From: Octopus sinensis
Taxonomy: Eukaryota
DNA length: 64,000 nucleotides
Reading direction: 5' to 3'
Assembly: GCF_006345805.1 (NCBI RefSeq)
Contig: NC_043009.1
Coordinates: 63,116,001-63,180,000, forward strand
Shown here: in pieces, positions 47,848 through 60,596 of the stretch
Position numbering within the stretch: the stretch's first letter is position 1
Layout: each line of letters opens with the position of its first letter
Made by a program: the position numbers and the translations under genes
Notes under the pieces: model-generated
Seen by the model: only the letters and a program-made list of their open reading frames with translations
Databases searched by the model: none
Told to the model about the DNA's origin: nothing

Positions 47848-48857
47848 GTGAGTGAGAAACATTTGAGTCCTTTTCTATTTTCCTTTGTAGAATATGGAAA
47901 ATTTCATTTGGATTTCATTTTAAAATTTCATGCAAGTTACTAAACAGTCATTCTGTCTAGAATGAATTCAGTTTGTTGCCCTCTGGGTAGAGGCCTTGGT
48001 CTTGGGACCACTCATCTCTAGAAACTGAGGTTGAGGGTAAGTAAGTGCATGCTCCCTGTTGAAAATCCAGTTCCAAAGAAGCCTTGTGATAGCAAAGAAG
48101 TAAGGGCACCAGCTAGCCAGCCCAAAGGTCGGAGTGGGCTGCACCTGCCTACCTCAGTTGCTATGACACTGAGGTAGATCCTGCTATCCCTGTTAATCAG
48201 GGACAAAACCCAGATTTAAAACACTGGATGATGTGTGTATGACTAGGAAATGTAATGTAATATTCTATGAAGGTCATAATACAGTAGGGAGGTAATATAC
48301 TAAGAGGTCATTATATATTAAGAGGGTCCTAACAGAGTAGGAAGACCATAGCATATTAAGGAGGTCATAATACATTTAGAAGGTCATGACATCTTGAAAG
48401 GTCATGACACACTGAGAAGGTCATGTTACCCTTTGAGTATTATTACGTGCATGAAACACATGCTCGTTTATAAGTGTGGCTGTAGGCGATAACACAAGCA
48501 GATAAGTGGATAAATGACAAGAATGAATAGCAATTAACAAGCAGGAAATGAGGAATAATGGGTGGTGGCTAGATAAAGCAGTAAGTAATAATTGGACTAA
48601 TGTTCATATCAGAGACGAGCCATGCTTTATGCACACAATAATGGTTATATACATCTCTTGAGTGATGTAAATGACACTGGAGCAAAAAACCAGACTAGGC
48701 AGGTGTGTGAAAAGAATGCATTAATCATTTTTATAATTATATATGTGCGTATTTATATATACATAAATATACATACACATGCGTTTACAAATATAATTAC
48801 ACACAAACACAGACTTAGGCATGCAAACATGTATTTATATTAGTAAGTATGATAATC

Positions 48858-49185
48858 GTGGAGGCACAATGGCCCAGTGGTTAGGGCAGCAAACTCGTGG
48901 TCAGAGGATCGCGGTTTTGATTCCCAGACCGGGCGTTGTGTGGGTTTATTGAGCGAAAACACCTAAAAGCTCCACGAGGCTCCAGCGGGGGGTGGGGTGG
49001 TGGTGGCGACCCCAGTGTACTCTTTCGCCACAACTTTCTCTCACTCTCTCTTCCTGTTTCTTGAGTAACGCTGCGATCGACTGGTGTCCCGTCCAGCTGG
49101 GGGGAACACATATGCCACAGAAACCAGGAAACTGGGCCCATGACCCTGGGTAGGCTTGAAATGGGTGACGTTTATCGTTTTCTTT
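48858..49185 (+). mobile_element. SINE family D
   Basis: 14-bp TSD TAAGTATGATAATC at 48844-48857 and 49186-49199. Confidence 0.93.
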
Positions 49186-49197
49186 TAAGTATGATAA

Positions 49198-49702
49198 TCT
49201 CTATATCTATAAATGGCAAAATGTCTGTGAATGTGTGTGTCTGTGTGTCCTTTATACAAATCCACAGTTTTTCACGTAAAAGGCTTGCATTTTCTATGGG
49301 CTTTTAAAACTGTCTGAGGGTGGTCGTGAAGATCTTTTCATTTCCCCAGTCACCCCAGAAAGCAATTAAAAAAATCGATAAACCGACCCCTTATACCCAT
49401 AAGTTATTTTGCGGCCAAATTCGAGTTTTTCACTTTCTTCTGCCTCCTTTTTTGTCCAACTAATGGCATGTGCACAGTCCCACTAATTTTCCATGATTAT
49501 GCTGTTCCAGGTGTGAAAACTGAAGTCCACTGAATATCAATTACTCTTATAAAAAGCTCCAACTAGCTCATAAGCAACAAAACTGGCCTGGGCTGAAATG
49601 TGATAAGAAACTTAGCTCTTGATTTAGTGAGAAATTTCTACTGCGACCCAGCAATGAACAGGCACTAGCACTAGACCCGGCAACGCCGGGTCATAGTGCT
49701 AG
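49198..49702 (+). mobile_element. Non-autonomous Helitron, apparently complete
   Basis: A|TC start; 3' hairpin GACCCGGCAACGCCGGGTC then ATAGTG-CTAG|T. Homologous to 55602-55947. Confidence 0.82.
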
Positions 49703-49714
49703 TGATATTATACA

Positions 49715-50104
49715 TGATGGATGGAAGCACTCCGTCGGTTACGACGATGAGGGTTCCGGTTGATCCGAATCAACGGAACAGCCTGCTCGTGAAATTAACG
49801 TGTAAGTGGCTGAGCACTCCACAGACACATGTACTCTTAACATAGTTCTCGGGGATATTCAGCGTGACACAGAGAGTGACAAGGCCGGCCCTTTGAAATA
49901 CAGGTACAACAGAAACAGGAAGTAAGAGTGAGAGAAAGTTGTGGTGAAAGAGTACAGCAGGGATCACCACCATCTCCTGCCGGAGCCTCGTGGAGCTTTA
50001 GGTGTTTTCGCTCAATAAACACTCACAACGCCCGGTCTGGGAATCGAAACCGCGATCCTATGACCGCGAGTCCGCTGCCCTAACCACTGGGCCATTGCGC
50101 CTCC
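49715..50104 (-). mobile_element. SINE family D, full length
   Basis: 11-bp TSD GATATTATACA at 49704-49714 and 50105-50115; intact A and B boxes. Confidence 0.95.
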
Positions 50105-50329
50105 GATATTATACAAGGTAGTATCAAAAGGTTCCTAGTCTCATCATCATCATCATCATCATCATCATCGTTTAATGTCCGTTCTCCATGCTAGCATGGG
50201 TTGGACGGTTCGACCGGGAATCTGGGAAGCCAGAAGGCTGCACCAGGCTCCAGTCTTATCTGGCAATCTTTCTACAGCTGGATGCCCTTCCTAACGCCAA
50301 GGTCTAGTTATATTTAATAAAAAATAAAT

Positions 50330-50532
50330 TATTCACCCAAATTTTAACATCGTCTCCTTCGAAATGGTCATTTTGTGCAGTAATACACCGGTTCCAGTAT
50401 TCCTGCCATTTTCGGAATCCAGCCTGGAAGTCATTTTCCGAAAGCAATGTGGACCTTCTGCAATTCACCCTGGATCTTGACAACGGTGTTAAAAGGATGA
50501 CCTTTGAGCTGCATTTTCATCTGTGGAAGGAG
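50330..50532 (-). pseudogene. Mariner transposase C-terminal remnant
   Basis: Minus strand, with a frameshift: LPQMKMQLKGHPFNTVVKIQGELQKV / SENDFQAGFRKWQEYWNRCITAQNDHFEGD, matching the mariner ...W.RCI...GDYFEGD end. Confidence 0.75.
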
Positions 50533-50559
50533 CCTGTAGTAGAGGTAGACACAGGAAGA

Positions 50560-51150
50560 CATGGAACAAGGTGGTGAAGCATGGCCTTCAAACTTTGAGC
50601 CTCACAGAGGCAATGACTAGTGATTGAGACCTTAGGCAATACACTCTGCTTCAGAAGACCCATCAAGCCATGTGAAATTGTAGTCAATGCTGGTGTCCTG
50701 TAACTGGCACTCATGCTGGTGGAATGTAAAAAGCACCATTCAAGCATTGGGCCTCACAGAGTCAAAGTGGCTGATGTCAGTGGCATGTGAAAAGCTCCTT
50801 TCAAGTGTAGGCCTCATGGAGGCAAAGTGACCAAGTTCCTTTTGAGTGTTGGGCCTCACAGAGGCAATCACACAGACCTTTGGCATTATGTTGTGCTTGA
50901 GAAGAAGACCCATCAAGCCAAGTGAAATCGTAGTCGTGGCAGATACTAGTGCCACGCAAATGGCACCCATGCTGGTGGCACATAAAAGCACCCATTACAC
51001 TCTTGGAGTGGTTGGCGTTAGGAAGGACATCCAGCTGTAGAAACCATGCCAAAGCAGACTGGGGTCTGGGGCAGCCTTCCAGCTTGCCAGCCATTGTCAA
51101 GCCATCCAACACATACTAGCGTGGACACCGGACGCTAAATGATGATGATA
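50560..51150 (+). mobile_element. Family E-tailed element with GGGCCTCACAGAGGCAA internal repeats (related copy ~40690-40995)
   Basis: Shared repeated segments and an RTE-type (GAT)n tail. Confidence 0.75.
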
Positions 51151-51374
51151 ATTATATATATATATATATATTTCTTTACTGCCCACAAGGGGCTAAACAT
51201 AGAGGGGAAAAACAAGGACAGACAAAGGCATTAAGTCGATTACATTGACCCCAGTGCGAAACTGGTATTTTATTTATCGACCCCGAAAGGATGAAAAGCA
51301 AAGTCGACCTTGGCGGAATTTGAACTCAGAATGTAGTGACGTGTGAAATACCACGAAGCACTTCGCCCAGTGTG

Positions 51375-51405
<31 letters not shown>

Positions 51406-52335
51406 GGGGAGAGAGAGAGGGAGAGAGATGTGGTAGATTGGCCAATGTGTATTTAATTTCATATTTTGTTGTTTTTGGCTTTTGTATTGAAACTCGTTCT
51501 TATTTGCCAAAATGTCAACTTCCCCCTGGGAGTATGTTTATATATACCTGTGTGGCTTTCAATTGGAATGTGGCTCATTACTGCATCTAAGAATGTGTCT
51601 TGTATTAAAGTTCACCTTCTTTCTCACTGGAATGTCGTGCAGTTGATATACATTACTCTGTCAACAATGATGTCTGTTGTAATTAAACTATGAGCTTGAG
51701 AAATCATATTTACCATTGCTCTTGTTTTATGGAAAAGAAAAGTAAATAGTGTCAAACCAATTTATCTTGGGGTGGTCTTTAAGAATTTTGATCCCCTGGG
51801 CATAGAGAGATGTCGTTGTTGATATAATGACATTTCCTATTATCTATATGTATGTGCTTGAAACCAATCATCCAGTGCAGACCACTACACACTGTGTCTC
51901 CTCCTTGCAATTCTACCACTACTACTGTGACCTTTGTTCTTTGGATGTGGATGGCTGATTGTCTCCTTCTCTTGCACGCTCAAGATTTAATGTTTCATGT
52001 TTGCCCACATTCGAAAACATTCAGCAATAATGCGTAACCCTTAATCTGTTAGCATTTAAACTGGGGCCATATTCGACCCAAATATGCTTCCTGTTTTATG
52101 TTCAAACTGGCCTGATCTACCCTCTCACACCTACCCTACAATGCTATTCTAAAAATAGACAACCACATCATTGAAATCTCAAAACTATGAGACAATACAT
52201 GATTAATTTAAAACACTCTGAATAAATAAGCGTTACATGTGGCAGAGTAATTGGAATGCTAAAGAGTTAATTAGTAAGAAATAATCATGAGAGTTTGATA
52301 TTCCTTCAAATAACAGTCAATGAAATCAATTTCCA

Positions 52336-52733
52336 TACTCTTTTACTTGTTTCAGTCATTTGACTGTGGCCATGCTGGAGCACCACCTTTAGTCGAGTAA
52401 ATCAACCCCAGGACTTATTCTTTGTAAGCCTAGTACTTATTCTATCAGTCTCTTACGCCAAACCATTAAGTTATGGGGACGTAAACACACCAACATCGGT
52501 TGTCAAGTGATGTTGGGGGGACAAACACAGACACACAAACACACACACACATATATACACATAAACATATATACGACGGGCTTCTTTCAGTTTCCATCTA
52601 TCAAATCCACTTACAAGGCCTTGGTCGGCCCGAGGCTATAGCAGAAGACACTTGCCCAAAGTGCCACACAGTGGGACTGAACCTGGAACCATGTGGTTGG
52701 TAAGCAAGCTACTTACCACACAGCCACTCCTGC
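52336..52733 (-). mobile_element. SINE family A, full length
   Basis: Reverse complement of family A; ends about 60 nt before the 52797 acceptor. Confidence 0.93.
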
Positions 52734-52796
52734 AGGGTCATATTCTTCCTTCTTTTCTATATACATCATTAATTTTGTCCTGTTTTTTGTTTTCAG

Positions 52797-54730
52797 ATCA
52801 TTTCTCAGACGATTCCTGAAACACGATGTCACTCATTGAAATGAAACAAACAAGAATTTATATTTATGAACAAATCGTTTTTTCCTCCACTGGTCCACTT
52901 CCAGCTTTGGATTTCAACCCTTTGATGATTCTCTTAGACTACCGGAATGCATTAAAATGTCTTATTTTTTCATTATTTTATATTTTATTACTAAAAAAAC
53001 AAACAAAACCATTTAATAGATTCATTCTTTCATTGTTGACTCTGTTTAAATTTCACACACTTCAACGTTTGTATTTATGGCCACAGCCTCAGGGCTGAAG
53101 CATATAAAAGAATATAATTGAGTGTAGCCAACAAGTAACATGTGTCTATGTTGTTGTTTGGAAAGATTCCCTAATGCAGAATGGACTGAAAATGTGGTGC
53201 AGACACAGACGAATACAAACATAAGAGAACGAACAAGAAAAAAATGTAACTTATTTGAAGAACAATTAGAATTCGTTTCACAAGTTCTGACCTGACTGGG
53301 AAACCATAATTCCATCTGTAGATGAATGGATCTTATTCTCTGTTTTGCAGCTGAACAAAAAGCATTTGATTAATCCGGAAAATGTCACCAATGCATTTTG
53401 AGCTAACCTTAAAGCTATATTTGTGGGTTTACCACCAGTGAAACTCAGGAATAGTCTAAGAACAGTAACAATGTTCAAATCATATTTGTTGTTTCCATTT
53501 GCAAAGTTCGTTTCAATTCTTCAGGGCATATCGCTACTAAATGCAAAATTTACCTCAGAGGAAAAAAGACAAAAATAAAACTCCGAGGTATCAAATGAGG
53601 CTACGTTTATCGTTAGATTGTGGTTGTGCCGTCCTTCACCTATAATACAGCTATAAGTATAAGACCATTATTTATATATATCTATATATATATTGCTTCA
53701 TCTTCCTTTTGTGACTACCCCCAGTGACTTCATCATCACACATATTTATAATCCCTCCATACTACAACTTGCTGTAATCTCAACTCAGTTACTTTTCTTA
53801 ATCTCCTTCCACCAGAATCAAAAGGAAACAGGATCATTCCTCATTATATTATAATAAATAATCTACTAAAAATTTATCTGCTCAAGAAAGACGTCAAAAG
53901 CTTCCATTGCTATGTGCTGTTTAGCTTTTGAGAAGGTTAATAAAATGTATTAAAGCGATGCTTATTTGACGATAAATCATGTTAATCTTTGTAATGTTGT
54001 TCCTTATACTAAACAACCTCTCAGGAAATTGAATCTTTGTCCATTCAAAGGTGTAAGGAATCATTAAACACTTACTGCCATGGTATTTGGAAAATGCCAT
54101 TTTTTTTTTTTTGGATTGAAATAATCAAAAAAATTTGTAAAATTCTACATTTTGTGATTAGCTCTTTGTTGCTCAGTAAAAATTATCTTTAAAAGACTGC
54201 ATTTAAATTCTTTTTGCTGTTCTTAATCCAATTGTCTTGCCATACTTTTAAGAAATTATAGATATTTATTTAAGAATTTTCTTATCCCAATGAAAAAAAA
54301 GAAGTATTCTCTAAAAAAAACTATATAAATAAACATAAGAGCAAAGACCATGTTCTTGAGCAAGGTTTTTGTTTCTCTTTGAGCTGCTAACATTTATACC
54401 ATAAAAGCTGATTATTGTAATATTGAGTATATGTATAGACTATATTATTATGTGAGTATATGTGTGAACCTTTGAGTATAAAATATGTAATCTTTAAATT
54501 GCACTGCTAACACAGGTAGGGCACAAGATTGACTTATAAGTCTTTAATATACTTGGCAGTATATCATGGTTGCATAATGAAATATCGTGCCCCTATCGGC
54601 AATTAAAATAAAAGTATGTATTTGTGTGTGTGTGATTTCTATTTCAAAATTCCTGTTTCGATTTTTATTGAATTAATTTTCTTCAAATTTCATTTTTCCT
54701 AACAAACGATTCTCTTAATAAATAAACGTC
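52797..54730 (+). other. ANO: Probable terminal exon / 3' UTR of the anoctamin gene
   Basis: Long pyrimidine tract plus ttttcag acceptor at 52796, then about 1.9 kb of nearly SINE-free AT-rich sequence. AATAAA at 54607 (GT-rich downstream), 54717 and 54721. Phase-1 reading gives (D)HFSDDS*. Confidence 0.5.
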
Positions 54731-55520
54731 TCTTTTGTTAACTTAGAGTGAATGTATTTGAGAGAAAGGAAGAGAGTTGTATTGGAGACAAATTAAAAGA
54801 GAAAGAGTGAGGGTGAATAAAGGGAAGTGTGAGATGGGAAAGGTGTGAAAGAGTTTATAGCTTATGTGTGTGCGTGCGTGCGTGCGTGTGTGTTAGAGAG
54901 AGAGAAATGAAAAAGAATTGTCCATTGATCTCACTGTATTGTATATTTTGATCGTTATTTTTGACTGACCGCTGCAAGGCTTTAGCGAAACATTATTGGG
55001 TTCTGAACCCCTTTGCATTTCAGTGTATTTCCGGACACAGCTAAATCCCTTCTGTTATATTGATCGTCTGGTTTTGAGAGAATAAAATCTCATCTGTTAT
55101 TATAAACGAATGATTATGTTCTTGTGATTCAATCATATCGGACAACGGGTGACTAGTAAGAACTTCGTTTTCAGGAATATATATTCTTTCTAATTCTGGC
55201 ACACGGCCAGCAATTTTGAGCCTGGTACTTATCGACCCTGGAGGGATGAAAATCAACGTTGACCACGGCAGAATTTGAGCCCAGAACGTAATGAGTAGAA
55301 AGAAATGCTGCTACGTATTTAGTCCGACGTGTTTATGATTCTGCCAGCTCGCCGCCTTAAATTTTTCTAGAAGTAAATATGCAGATGATAAACAAGAGAT
55401 ATATTACTTACGTCTTGAGACACTAATAAGCATCAGGTCTTACATAGAGACAGCGAATCCTCGTGCAAGTACAGAATTTCGGGGATAAAATCCTAAGTCA
55501 AAACGCACACACACATACAA

Positions 55521-55584
<64 letters not shown>

Positions 55585-55601
55585 GTGTGTGTGTGTGTAT
55601 A

Positions 55602-55947
55602 CTAGCACTATGACCCGGCAACGCCGGGTCACAAGGCTAGTGCATGCATATACAGTTGCGTGCGTGTGCACATACACGCGAGTACTGTCCAAATCTCCGA
55701 CCAATTACATACGACTAGCTGGCATTCAATTGGTGTATCAAATTTCGGGCATTTTGATTGGGTTTTGGATAGAAAATTCACAAAAAAGTGACTTCTACTG
55801 ATTTTTTAATGGCTTTGCGGGGGGACTGAGGAAATGTAAAGATATGCACGACCACCTTTGGACGGTTTTGAATGACCTTAGAAAGTGCGAGCCCTCTAAA
55901 GGAAAAATTGTGGATTTGTATAAAGGATACACACACACACAGACAGA
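55602..55947 (-). mobile_element. Non-autonomous Helitron related to 49198-49702, lacking the extreme 5' end
   Basis: The reverse complement of 55820-55947 matches 49210-49350. The terminus GGGTCATAGTGCTAG|T is identical. Confidence 0.8.
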
Positions 55948-56054
55948 CATTTTGCAGAAAAGAAAGCGCAGTATAACCGTGAAAACAACAGAAAGAGAAA
56001 GAGAGAGATTGGGTACTTAACCTTAGAAAATGAAGAAAAATAAAGTTATCAGCA

Positions 56055-56123
56055 GGCGGCTAGGAGAGATCGAACTCTGTACCCTTCAGATGTCGGTTGA
56101 GTGCTCTAACAATGAAGCTAAAC
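56055..56123 (-). mobile_element. tRNA-derived head related to 319-402
   Basis: Minus strand TAGCTTCATTGTTAGAGCA A box and GAGTTCGATCT B box; imperfect cloverleaf. Confidence 0.5.
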
Positions 56124-56242
56124 AGCTCCTGACCGCGATTAACTTCAATTTTAATGCTTTTCGAATGCGTGAACATTTTATAAACAAACTTTAGAAGCGC
56201 CGAAAGTGCTGGTGTTTTACAGACAAGAAAGTAAATTTCAAA

Positions 56243-56279
<37 letters not shown>

Positions 56280-56408
56280 ATACACACACACGCACACACA
56301 CACACACACAAGCACACAATATTTGTAAGCAAACCCGAAGGCTTTGTCACGGAAAAAGAGCGACTATGAGTCTTTTATACCATAATAACTATATAATATA
56401 TTATAATA

Positions 56409-56542
56409 ATGGTGGGTGAACGTGTTGGTTCAATCAGATGCGCATGGAACCGTGTCAGCGTTGGTTTGTGGGTTCGATTCTGGCCTGGATTAGCTCGTCA
56501 CTTTTCCGTCAAACGTTTAGATAAATGTCGCTTTAAATCGGA

Positions 56543-56614
<72 letters not shown>

Positions 56615-56889
56615 AGGCGCAATGGCGGTCGTAGGATCGCGTTGTGAGTGTTTAGTGTTTATTGAGTGAAAACACCTGCTGTACTCTTTCACCACAACTT
56701 TCTCTCACCCTTCCTGTTTCTGTTGTACCTGTATTTCAAAGGGCCAGCCTTGTCACACTGAATCTCCCCGAGAACTACATTAAGGGTACACATGTCCGTG
56801 GAGTGCTCAGCCACTTGCACGTTAATTTCACGAGCAGGCTGCTGTTCCGTTGATCGGATCAACTGGAACCCTCATCGTCGTAACCGACG
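56409..56889 (+). mobile_element. Composite: tRNA-like segment, (AT)n, internally deleted family D SINE (repeated at 58918-59235)
   Basis: GGGTTCGATTCT B-box-like motif. The deleted SINE at 56613-56889 was compared with the full copy at 49715-50104. Confidence 0.75.
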
Positions 56890-57069
56890 ATATATATATG
56901 TATATATTCTGTTAGTTATCGTCAGTACCTGATTTAAAGGGCTGTATCATTATGTATACTGTCCTTTCTTCTCAGACCATATTGATTGACATAAATTCCC
57001 TACCTTCAAAGAAACAGTCATAATTGACTGTATCATCTTTAGTACATCCAGCATTTATTTCATCTATCG

Positions 57070-57124
57070 CCGTATATATATATATATAATATATACTATA
57101 TATATATATAGATAGATATATATG

Positions 57125-57160
<36 letters not shown>

Positions 57161-57161
57161 T

Positions 57162-57200
<39 letters not shown>

Positions 57201-57276
57201 TATATATATATATATAATATATTATATATATATATATCTATATATATATATAATATATATATATATATTATATATT

Positions 57277-57350
<74 letters not shown>
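57070..57350. repeat. ~280-bp (TA)n array (another at ~61640-62000)
   Basis: Seen directly in the sequence. Confidence 0.95.
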
Positions 57351-57351
<1 letters not shown>

Positions 57352-57428
57352 TTCTATTTACTCTCTATATATACTCACTATTTTGTATCACATCGAAACT
57401 AACTATGACTTCACCATCCTCTCACATC

Positions 57429-57480
57429 GTCTCCGATGAAGGGATATAATTAATAAATATCCTAGAAACAGCTGTAAGAC
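57429..57480 (+). ncRNA. Minimal hammerhead-ribozyme-like motif (U4C core variant, palindromic stem III)
   Basis: GTCT-CCGATGA-A-GGGATAT(9-nt loop)ATATCCT-A-GAA-ACAGCTGT-A-AGAC. Confidence 0.6.
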
Positions 57481-58012
57481 CTTCTATCTCTAAATGCTCT
57501 AATATCTACACAGCCTTGTTTTTTTTTTTATCGTATTGGGCAAAAAATTCTTATATACACACGCTGACATAGAACCAAAGTTGAACCCCTTATTCGTAAA
57601 ATTACCGAAACTGGAACTTAACTATGGTCCATCTATACCACTTATTCAGAATTACCTCATATATAGGGAGACGCAAAAATGAGGATTTGAATGCAGAACG
57701 TAGAGAGCAAATTTAAATGTTGTACGGCACCAAATAATTGAACCACCGAGAAGGTTTATGAGTAGCACGGCAATCTACGTTTCCGATGAACCTAGGAAGA
57801 GAAAAATCGTCACTTCCGGTGAACAAGCTGTTAGACTTAAAACCGGTGTGTACTGGAGTCGATGTAATCGAACATCCCCCTCCCCTAAATTTCAGGCATT
57901 GTGCTTAGAATAGAAAGGATTATAGAAGAGGGCAAAGGGAAGGGTCTTTACTGGGTACCGTGGAAAATAGTGGAAAAGATCTTATTTAAACCGGGAGAGC
58001 GTGACAACCTTT

Positions 58013-58510
58013 CACTGTAATGACATGCATAAGATCTGGTTATCAAATCTAAGTAGAGACTTCAAACTTGAAATCTTCAAAGCCACAGTCGAACCAATTC
58101 TACTATATGGCTCAGAAACCTGGACGTTATCAAAGAAGCTTGAGAGGCGGTTGAATGGAACCTACACTCGCCTCCTTATTAGAGCTCAAAATCTCTCGTG
58201 GAAGCGCCATCCAACCAAAATGCAAATATATGGGAAACTACCACCTGTATCATCTCTTGTGAAAGGTAGGAGAGTTCAGTTTGCTAGACATTGTTGTAGA
58301 GCTGAAAAAGAAGTAATTTCTACTCTTCTCCTCTGGAAGCCATCTACTCGCAATACCAGAGGGTGCACACTCTCCTACCCTGATGTAATCTCCAGGGATA
58401 CAGGCATCCAGCAACAGGACCTCCGTAATGCCATGATGGACCGTGAAGTCTGGCGTAGCATGATAAATTCCATTGTCTCGACCACGGTCGAACAATGATG
58501 ATGATGATGA
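58013..58510 (+). mobile_element. RTE-clade LINE, 5'-truncated (RT C-terminal region)
   Basis: KLEIFKATVEPILLYGSETWTL...RRVQFARHCCRAE...MMDREVW, then a (TGA)n tail. Confidence 0.92.
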
Positions 58511-59068
58511 TTCACTTGCTCAAATTTGACGAATAGGAAATGCTTCCCCATCCTTAAACTTCTTAAACATCAACAGCCGTGAATATCCTTCCTTTTATTT
58601 TTCCTATCAAAATCTTTCTCGTTATCATTTTCGATAAACAACAAAAAAAACAGCAATACTATAATAATTATGATGGTTAAGTTCTTAAGACCATCACAAG
58701 TTCTTATATTTTGTGGGAGGGAAAAGTCGTACACAGGTATTCTATTCGGTAACTTTTAGCTTTGCGAAGCGTTATGAATTGCATAGTAAGAAGGTCCGTT
58801 CTTCATAAAAGACATCTTGAAAAGTGCATATATATGTAGTATGTGTGTGTGTATGTATGTATGTATGTATGTATGTATGTATGTATGTATGTATGTATGT
58901 ATGTATGTATGTATATATGATGGGTGAACGTGTTGGTTCAATCGGATGCGCATGGAGCCGTGTAAGCGCTGGTTTGTGGGTTCGATTCTGGCCTGGATTA
59001 GCTCGTCATTTTTCAGTCAAACGTTTAGATAAATGTTGCTTTAAATCGGAGTATATATATACAAATAT

Positions 59069-59152
<84 letters not shown>

Positions 59153-60596
59153 GGAGGCGCAATGGTGGTCGTAAGATAGCGTTGTGAACGTTTATTGAGC
59201 GAAAACACCTGCTGTACTCTTTCACCACAACTTTTTTATATAAGTTCAGCAAAATTTAGATTCAGATGAATATGGTACTTAAGTTAAAGGCACCAGAAGC
59301 TGGTATGGTATTATCCATATATATCAAATGGGATGATTATAATCAAAATAAGTAACAAGGATATCCATGGTAGTGGAGTACAATCGTTTCATGCTACTTC
59401 AATGTAAGTATTACATCAGTTTTAAAATGTAGAGCAATCTTCAGCCACATATAGATTTTTTTTAATGAAATGGACAAAGTACATTTTTATACTTATTTCA
59501 TTTGCCAACATTACAAAGAGGCAAATGAAATAAGTATAAAATTGTACATTATCCGTTTAATTAAAAAAACTCTATATGTGGCTGAAGATTGCTCTACATT
59601 TTAAAACTGATGTAATACATTGTTTAATAAAATGAAGTAGCATGAAACGATTGTACTACACTACAATGGATATCCTTGTTGCTTATTATATATATGCCTA
59701 CGGTGGGTTAGCTGGCCAAAACTTCGAAGTTACTCTCAACAGCATTTTTGTATGACAATGATAAATTTGTACTCTACAAGTGTATAGAGTGACTAACCAG
59801 ATTAATGTAAAATTGTTTTTATTATAACTGAACCTAAAAACGAACATGAACACACACACACACACACACACCACACACACACACACATATATATATATAT
59901 GGAGGCGCAATGGTGGTCGTAAGATAGCGTTGTGAACGTTTATTGAGCGAAAACACCTGCTGTACTCTTTCACCACAACTTTTTTATATAAGTTCAGCAA
60001 AATTTAGATTCAGATGAATATGGTACTTAAGTTAAAGGCACCAGAAGCTGGTATGGTATTATCCATATATATCAAATGGGATGATTATAATCAAAATAAG
60101 TAACAAGGATATCCATGGTAGTGGAGTACAATCGTTTCATGCTACTTCAATGTAAGTATTACATCAGTTTTAAAATGTAGAGCAATCTTCAGCCACATAT
60201 AGATTTTTTTTAATGAAATGGACAAAGTACATTTTTATACTTATTTCATTTGCCAACATTACAAAGAGGCAAATGAAATAAGTATAAAATTGTACATTGT
60301 CCGTTTAATTAAAAAAACTCTATATGTGGCTGAAGATTGCTCTACATTTTAAAACTGATGTAATACATTGTTTAATAAAATGAAGTAGCATGAAACGATT
60401 GTACTACACTACAATGGATATCCTTGTTGCTTATTATATATATGCCTACGGTGGGTTAGCTGGCCAAAACTTCGAAGTTACTCTCAACAGCATTTTTGTA
60501 TGACAATGATAAATTTGTACTCTACAAGTGTATAGAGTGACTAACCAGATTAATGTAAAATTGTTTTTATTATAACTGAACCTAAAAACGAACATG

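Noticed and set aside
47891-47946. Alternative terminal exon after tcctttgtag (KYGKFHLDFILKFHASY*)
   Set aside because: It needs the weaker 47783 donor and a ~108-nt intron overlapping the stronger 47848 donor; no independent support.
56055-56123. Functional tRNA gene (also 319-402 and the SINE heads)
   Set aside because: Acceptor, anticodon and T stems do not pair properly; these are tRNA-derived sequences only.
57783-57810. CCGATGAACCTAGG motif as another hammerhead
   Set aside because: No correctly placed GAAA, stem III or stem I complementarity.
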